Positions 57,708 through 64,000 of a DNA stretch of 64,000 bases are shown piece by piece. The stretch comes from Blepharisma stoltei ATCC 30299 (Eukaryota > Protista > Ciliophora): contig CBFDEM010000036.1 of the NCBI GenBank assembly GCA_965603825.1, positions 744,001 to 808,000 of the forward strand, read 5' to 3'. The position numbers and the translations under genes were made by a program. The notes beneath the pieces are model-generated. The model was not told the DNA's origin. It ran no database searches and saw only the letters and a program-made list of their open reading frames with translations. How positions within the stretch are numbered: position 1 is the first letter of the stretch; each line of letters starts with the position of its first letter.

Positions 57708-59609
57708 TTATCCCCATAGCTCAATTGCATATCTTCCTTCACTGCATAATTTCTTGAAGAATTCAGTGCTGTCTTCACCTAGGTGTTCTGTTGCAATGTT
57801 TTTAATTAGATCACCGACTGCTTTTCCCATTCTTGAAGAGCCACATACATAAATGTAGCAGCCTTTGTTAGAAATCAGGTCCCAGATACTGTCGTGGTGG
57901 CTTGAAATCAAGTCTTGGACGTAAATTTTGTGAGCTTGGTCTCTAGAAGATGCGACGTATAAGCTCTTTAGTACGTGTGGGCCTTCTCCCCAAGCTTCTG
58001 GACGGTGCTCAAATTCTCCTGGAGAGTGTTCGCTAGGAATGATGAAGGCTTCTAAGTCTCGCTTGTATACGAATTGACCTGCCTTGTTTTTGCAGCCGAA
58101 GTACATGATAGATTCTGGGTAAAACTCGCCTTGAGTTGCAAGATATTTAAGCTCTTGGAGAAAAGCTCGGAAAGGGGCAACACCGCAGCCATTACAGATC
58201 ATGACAATAGGAACAGGCTGAGGAGGGAATATAAATGCAGAACTTTTGAAAAAGCCTCGAATTGGCTTGTAAAGCCCAGTCACATGCATTTTTTCGAAAT
58301 ATCCAGAGCATAAGCCTGTCCTTATTTTTCCTTCACAAGTTCGCTGCCTTAATACTTCTACAGCTATTTGGATACTTTTAGGGTGCAGCTTAGAAGAAGA
58401 TGCAATTGTATACATCCTCGGCTGAATGCGGTCTAGAACTTGGACAAGTGCTCCGATAGGGATTTTTAAGGATGAAAACCTCTTAAAAAGCTCCACAATA
58501 GTCAGCATGGGCTCTTCAATTACCCTTCGGTACTCATCTTTCCCTTTCAGCGACGCTAAAAACTCCAGTTCTTGTTTTTCATCAGGGTTCGTAGCAAAGC
58601 TTGCTAGATTTTTTAAAGTTTTTTTTCTAACCAAGCTTGTAATATCGCAATATTTAATCAATGCTTCTCCCACTGTAAGAGGTGTTGGGAATGGGTGCTT
58701 TTTGCCTTGAATCGGCAAAAATTGGAACGTTAACTCTAAATCATAATCTTGTAGCGCCGCAAGCTCTCTGACAAGCTCTTCATCATTTTCAGGGAAAATC
58801 CCAAAGTTACAAGCAGTTTCATATGGAACTGAAGTTTCCATTTCTACATGAAGTGCAGAATTTTTCGGGTCTCTTTTCAGCTCTTTTATTTTTAAAACCG
58901 GAAACTCCAGACTTGATATCATTGTCTGGCTGGAATCTTCATACACAATCTTAGAGTTTGGCGGCGTCAGCACCACATTATGTGCTACTTCTAAGAACTC
59001 CGAGCTCGGTATCTGCGATCTTCTGCTTGCTTTTACAATCGAAGGGAGCACTTTTCACAGTTCATTTTTCCACTTATTGAATTCTTCAACATCATCTTCT
59101 ACTGAATCTCCCAGCCTTATTATTTGGTTTGCTCCAAGCTTAGCTAAAGAATCATTAATGGTTTTCGCCGTAACATTAGCAATTTCACTATGAGAACTTT
59201 TCCGAAGACCGAAGACACAATAAGAGAGACGCGAAAGGTCATCATGTGAAGCCTTGGCCACTTTGGTCACCCATTTGAGGAACTTGGCTGCGTTTGGTGG
59301 GGGATTGCCGTCGCATTGAGTTGAACAAAAAATTACACAGAAATCATTTTTCTTGAAGTCAAGAATTTGGAATAGATCAAGTCCGATTATGTGAGGAGAA
59401 AAATTGTATTTGGTGGCCTCCTGGGCTAAAATTTCTGCAAGTTTTTGAGAATGGCCAGTCTGAGATCCCACGTAAATGTGAAGGCGTCCGAGTGTCTCTG
59501 TAGGCTCTTCTGTAGGAAGGGAGGGAGGATTTGGTTTTTTGCCTTTGAAATAGCACCAAGTTAGGGCTCCTAGGATGATAGATGCAAAGAGAGCATATTC
59601 CCAATCCAT
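57708..59609 (-). CDS. membrane-anchored NADPH-cytochrome P450 reductase-like diflavin reductase (about 633 aa)
   Basis: N-terminal TM, GSQTG, PRMYTIASSS, GLCS, GVAPFRAF, YFGC, SR....KIYVQD, YVCG, terminal ELWG. TGA 59055 joins the two track ORFs; an alternative in-frame ATG is at 59630. Confidence 0.88.
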
Positions 59610-60412
59610 TTTAGCATATGACAGTATCATAATAGGTTGTTTTATAGGCTATCCATATTCAATACGCAACGATTTTATTGGCTCAACCTTAATTAGGTTG
59701 GTTTTAAGTTTAGCTCTTAGATGATAGCGTTTTTGGAGGAAATTTAGTCTTTATTAGCTTAGACTTAAAAATGTTCTTTATTATAAATTTTATATAAGTT
59801 TTTATTGATGAAATTAAAATTTAAATACTGTTGATTTTAAATGAAGTATGAGTCTATTAAAACTGCAGTTTCATTTAGGTATTATTTTCTAGATACTCTT
59901 ACATGCTCCGTTAATTTGAATTTAATTTATGATGCATTCAAACACATATTGAATTGACATGCAAATTAAACAAAATTTGCATTTAATATGTTTGAAAATA
60001 TAAGTTGAAGCTTGTGTATTATATGCTTAATTATATTAATGGCCTGATTTTTTGCGTTATGAAAATCCCTACCTGGCACAACTAAATCCTAGTTTGTTTA
60101 AAAAGGCATTCAGATTTGTCAATAGAGAACTTTCGCACTATTAAAGAGATATATGCATTTTCCAGGGGGTAATTTTAGAGAGAGATTTTTATCGTTATAA
60201 TATTAAGAAATTAAAAAATTTTCATAATAGGCCTAAACGATACTTATTTTTCATTTTAAAAAACTCTTTAAAAATTATAAATCTAAGCTTATTATCAATT
60301 AAATTAATGCGTAATTTATAATTATTGATTTAAATCAATTTAATCCTTTTAGTTTTAAAAGCAATCCCTAATACATCTTCCCATAATTAGAGACGATAAT
60401 ATTCTAAAAAAT

Positions 60413-61570
60413 ATGAATTCGCTCAATTTAAATGAAACACAAACTGAAGAATTTTATTTATTAAACCAGCACCTCAACAAGCTTGAACTCAAGCTCGATC
60501 AGCAAAAGGAAGAACAAACTTCATTACTAGCTTATTCAAACCAATTATCAGAAAAAGTTGAAAGCTTAAATAAAGAAAACAATAATCTAAAATCAGATCT
60601 TTCAGCAGGCTCAAGCGAAATCGAAAAATTAACTTTAGAAATAGAATCAATGAAAAAATTAATCGAAAATAAAAACAAATACAATAAAAAATTAAAAGAA
60701 GAAATCAAAAAAGTCCATTCATCAAAAAGTAAATATCTCGGACAACAGCGATGTCTGCACGATCATTTGTTAGAAATTCAAAAAAAGCATGAAATTTTAA
60801 TTGAAGAGCGTGATGAAGCCAAGCAAAAGCTTGATTTAATCATAAGAGATAAACGTGAAAAGGAAAATGAAATCAAAAATGCCAAAGAAAAAATAGCTGA
60901 AATAGAAAAGAAAATTTCAGATATGAAACAAAAGCATGAATCTGATAATAATTTAGTCTTTAATGAAGAAAAAACAGTTATGGAGATTGAGGAAAAAATT
61001 CGATATAATGATAAAGAAATTACCAGGTATAAAGATGATATAAGAACGCAAAATGAAATTGATAATTTAAGAAGGATAATTTTGGAAGAAAATCATCAAA
61101 TCAATATAATGAATCAAAATATAGAAGATATTAAGTCAGAAGTCGACGATAAAGCTGAAAAAATTAACGATTTAGATAGAGAGCTTGCTGATTTAAGTGA
61201 TAAAAGAGCCCAACTTCTTCATAGAGGAGCTGATTTCAGAAGAGATGAAGAGGAGTTCAAAAAATTGAAAATAATAATGAAAAATAAAGAATCAGAAGCA
61301 AAAGACATTGAATCAGAAATTTATAATACAGAAAAAAACAACTATGCATTATTAATAGAAAATAGTGGCTTAGATGAAAAGCAAAAATCAGCAGAAAATG
61401 AAGCTGAAAAACTAAAAAGACAAGCTATTGATAGGAAGAATCAGCTGGATAATTTGCTCAAAAGGAATGAACAAATAAAAGATGTTTTGAACAGAAAAGA
61501 AAAATTAGCTGAGATGAGATATAAGGCTGAAAAAGAGCTCATGGAGTCTCTTGAATCTTTTTCTATGTAA
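60413..61570 (+). CDS. coiled-coil hypothetical protein (385 aa)
   Basis: Uninterrupted E/K/N-rich heptad ORF. Confidence 0.8.
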   Translation: MNSLNLNETQTEEFYLLNQHLNKLELKLDQQKEEQTSLLAYSNQLSEKVESLNKENNNLKSDLSAGSSEIEKLTLEIESMKKLIENKNKYNKKLKEEIKKVHSSKSKYLGQQRCLHDHLLEIQKKHEILIEERDEAKQKLDLIIRDKREKENEIKNAKEKIAEIEKKISDMKQKHESDNNLVFNEEKTVMEIEEKIRYNDKEITRYKDDIRTQNEIDNLRRIILEENHQINIMNQNIEDIKSEVDDKAEKINDLDRELADLSDKRAQLLHRGADFRRDEEEFKKLKIIMKNKESEAKDIESEIYNTEKNNYALLIENSGLDEKQKSAENEAEKLKRQAIDRKNQLDNLLKRNEQIKDVLNRKEKLAEMRYKAEKELMESLESFSM

Positions 61571-61662
61571 ATATTAATGCAATCAACTTATTATCTTCAA
61601 ATACAACTATATAGCATAAAATCTTCATTCTTATTTCTAATATAAGCTATTACTTTATACGT

Positions 61663-62562
61663 TTAATCAATCTTTTGTCCAAACTTAACATTGTTCAATC
61701 TCTCCAAGACCTTCACCAAAGCATGCACTCCAAGTTTTTCTTCTCCATTAGCTACCATACTTAAATAGAATTGATTTGCCATAGTAAGCCCAGGCAGCAC
61801 AATCTTCATCCTCTTACATTCATCAAGAGCCAATCCTAAATCCTTCACAAAATGCTGCACATAAAATCCAGGGCTATGATCTCCTTTTGCAATTTTTGGA
61901 GCAACTGCTTTAAAGTAAACCGATCCAGCTGCCCCGGTAGAAATTAAATCAATCATCTGTTCTACATCAAGGCCAGCTCTCCATCCATACATCATTCCTT
62001 CTACCATTCCAATCATATTGCCTGCTAGTACAATTTGATTCGTCAGCTTAGTGTGTTGCCCAACTCCAGCTTTTCCCATATGTCTGATATTGATTCCATA
62101 ATTATCCATTAAAGGTTTTGCTCTTTCAAATCCAGCTTTTTCTCCTCCTACCATAATAGCTAATTTCCCGTTTTTGGCGCCTTCGTCGCCTCCAGAGACT
62201 GGGGCATCAACTGATGTGACTCCAACTTTTGAAGCTTCTGCAGCAATAATTGTGGCCAAATGAGGACTAGATGTAGTATGGTCTACTAGCAAGGTGCCAG
62301 GTTTCATGAATTTTAAGAGGCCATTTTGACTGAGGATTAGATCATTAAGCTCGTGTGGGAACCCAACCATTGTAAATACGACGTCGCAGGATTCTCCGAT
62401 TTCTGGGACTGACTTAAACTGAGCACCCAATTGTAGCAGTGGCTCGGTTCTTTCTCGTGGGATATTGTTGACTGAAAGTTTGTGGCCTGCTTTTATAAGA
62501 CGCTCTGCCATCCATCTGCCCATCACTCCTGTGCCAATCCATCCAATCTTGGTTACAGACAT
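61663..62562 (-). CDS. beta-hydroxyacid dehydrogenase (HIBADH/6PGDH-like family, 299 aa)
   Basis: GWIGTGVMG, VDAPVSGG, catalytic K in TKLTNQ, PGFYVQHFVKDL. Confidence 0.92.
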   Translation of the reverse strand: MSVTKIGWIGTGVMGRWMAERLIKAGHKLSVNNIPRERTEPLLQLGAQFKSVPEIGESCDVVFTMVGFPHELNDLILSQNGLLKFMKPGTLLVDHTTSSPHLATIIAAEASKVGVTSVDAPVSGGDEGAKNGKLAIMVGGEKAGFERAKPLMDNYGINIRHMGKAGVGQHTKLTNQIVLAGNMIGMVEGMMYGWRAGLDVEQMIDLISTGAAGSVYFKAVAPKIAKGDHSPGFYVQHFVKDLGLALDECKRMKIVLPGLTMANQFYLSMVANGEEKLGVHALVKVLERLNNVKFGQKID

Positions 62563-62644
62563 TTTAGCCACTATAAATATGAATAAATAGGCTACAATTT
62601 AGATTTTAGCACTATAGGTGCTTTAAATGCAACAATTTGAATAA

Positions 62645-64000
62645 TTAATTATTTCACGCTTGGTTAAAGCTAAAGTTTGTGCTCATATCTGACAAATACC
62701 CTGAAGTGTCCATACTTTTAGAAAGATCCCTAATCTGAGCTCTCAATTCAGTCTGGAAATGGAACGGATTTGGCATCGTCAGCTTCTTTTCGACTATTTT
62801 TGGAACAAAAGCGTCTTCTCATATAGGTTGGGCTTTAAATTCCATCTGTTTCCTTAAAGCTTTGATTTCTTCCTCTTCTCTTTGTCTTGCTTCCATTTCT
62901 TCTTTTTGCTTCCTCAATGCTTTTTCTCTTTCTTTTTCTCTGATTTGTTCATCATAATAGCTTCTTTGTTCAGCTCTATAGTCAGTATGAAGGTTAAAAT
63001 CCATAGGCTGAGTTGGCGGTTTTTCACATGGTTTTGGCTGAAAAGGGTCAGAAAAATTAGGCATTTCTCTCGCATAGAATTTTTGGCCAATTTCAGACTC
63101 ATTCTGGGAGCTAGGCTTCTTTTGGTTAATAGACAAGTTAAAAGGTTCTGGGACAGTAGGTGGAGGAACATATCTAGTAAAAGAAGGAGCTTCAAATGAA
63201 GGCATTGGCTTAGCTGTGAAGGCCGTCATTTTTTCTTGTTTTTCTCTTTCCTTTTCTACCTGATATTGAAACATTTGAGATTTCTCTTGACCTCTTAATT
63301 CAGTCATTAAGGTAAAAGGCTGGACTTTTGAGTAAGGAGGAAGTTCTTGGTAAGAGTAATTCAAGCTTCCTATAGGTCTCGATTTATTATCAGCTTGTGA
63401 ATAGTCAGATTCAAATGAAATATTTTGAGACTGAGCAGCTCTTTTCGCAGTCTCAAGCTCAAATTCCATAGGCATTGTCGGCTTTTTAGGGATTTTTACA
63501 GGAATAAAGTCAGGCCTTTCCAGGATTTCTTTTTTTAAAGGCAGAGCCTTAAAGCCTTGGTAATTGTTTTCATAGATTTCATTATTTTCATTTTTAGCCC
63601 TTTGGGCTGTATGAAGCTTTATGTCTAAAGGCTGGGTTGGGATTTTTGGGTTTAATTTGATCTTATTTTGAGCGTAGAGCGACTTTGGAACTGGCCTTGC
63701 TTTGAATTTTGGCCTTTGGGCAATTTCTTCGAGCTCCCTTTGTTCGCGTGTTTTCATCTCGTTTGGGTCTGGCATGCGAATTCTGTTATCTGTGTGGAAA
63801 GTGAAAGGGATTGGCTTGGTAGATTTGGCTGGCTTTGGCTGGATTTGGTGAAATGGCTGCTGGGAGTTATAGAGAGCGTGGTTTATCAAGTTATCTCGTT
63901 CAATTGATGAAGAAGATGCGATGTCTTCTAGCTCATTTCTTTTATTCCAACTTAAAGGATAGTAAGAATGCTGTTCTACTATTTGAGGGCCTGATGCGTT
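62645..64000 (-). CDS. TPX2-like microtubule-binding protein (5' end outside window)
   Basis: Repeated FKARP/FKALP/FTAKP and T.P..F.L.T..R units; EEIKALRKQMEFKAQPI(W). The frame is open to the window edge and passes TGA 62819 and 62654 to reach TAA 62645. Confidence 0.85.

Noticed and set aside
2945-59630. Fragmented ORFs as pseudogenes or prokaryote-style operons
   Set aside because: The fragments are in frame and separated only by TGA at conserved Trp sites or by 15-16 nt GT-AG introns, so they are intact eukaryotic genes.
60064-60200. ATCCCTACCTGGCAC resembling the U1 snRNA 5' end (ATACTTACCTGG)
   Set aside because: Mismatches fall in the splice-site pairing bases, and I see no U1-70K loop or supportable U1 structure downstream.
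2779-62821. TGA as selenocysteine or cysteine, or a mitochondrial or Mycoplasma origin
   Set aside because: TGA aligns to Trp in conserved proteins, and the genes are nuclear eukaryotic with spliceosomal introns.
494-63907. Numerous short antisense or alternate-frame ORFs in the track (for example 2111-2482, 7932-8201, 18859-19212, 42261-42677, 50246-50536)
   Set aside because: They are shadows of K/E-rich or conserved genes on the opposite strand or another frame, with F/S/L-biased composition and no motifs.
1-64000. tRNA, rRNA, CRISPR arrays, telomeric C4A2 repeats, transposases
   Set aside because: None recognisable by eye; tRNAscan-SE and Infernal would be needed to exclude small RNAs.

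Overview
Gene-dense, AT-rich eukaryotic DNA that reads as a heterotrich ciliate macronuclear chromosome, most likely Blepharisma (inferred from the genetic code and intron size). In-frame TGA repeatedly falls on conserved Trp positions (UGA=Trp), TAA/TAG are the stops, and genes carry 15-16 nt GT-AG introns with a nearly invariant A six bases from the 3' end. The supplied ORF track, made with the standard code and no splicing, splits most genes and misses at least three. After recoding and splicing I rebuild about 42 protein-coding genes and 14 tiny introns. They include ACOX, RLP24, a SCOT-like protein, a kinesin-like protein, U2AF65-like, ZIP7-like, DRC1, DPM2, Cdh1/Cdc20, VPS36, a DENN protein, dCMP deaminase, a cathepsin D-like protease, AP-4 beta, OFCC1-like, a MAP3K, adjacent WDR35/IFT121 and IFT122, a P450-reductase-like protein, HIBADH-like and TPX2-like. 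I see no rRNA, tRNA, CRISPR array, telomere or transposon. The most notable items are: a chitin-synthase-like membrane protein with lost catalytic residues fused to a C-terminal XRE-type helix-turn-helix; a U2AF65 with a degenerate RRM1 and no RS/ULM region in a genome with 15-nt introns; a bacterial-type GNAT that now depends on UGA=Trp; a UBZ4 plus RarA/WRNIP1-C-terminal-like protein with no ATPase; several further apparent pseudoenzymes; a TDM1/MS5-like TPR-RRM protein; and extreme gene packing. All family calls come from motif recognition by eye; no database search was run.
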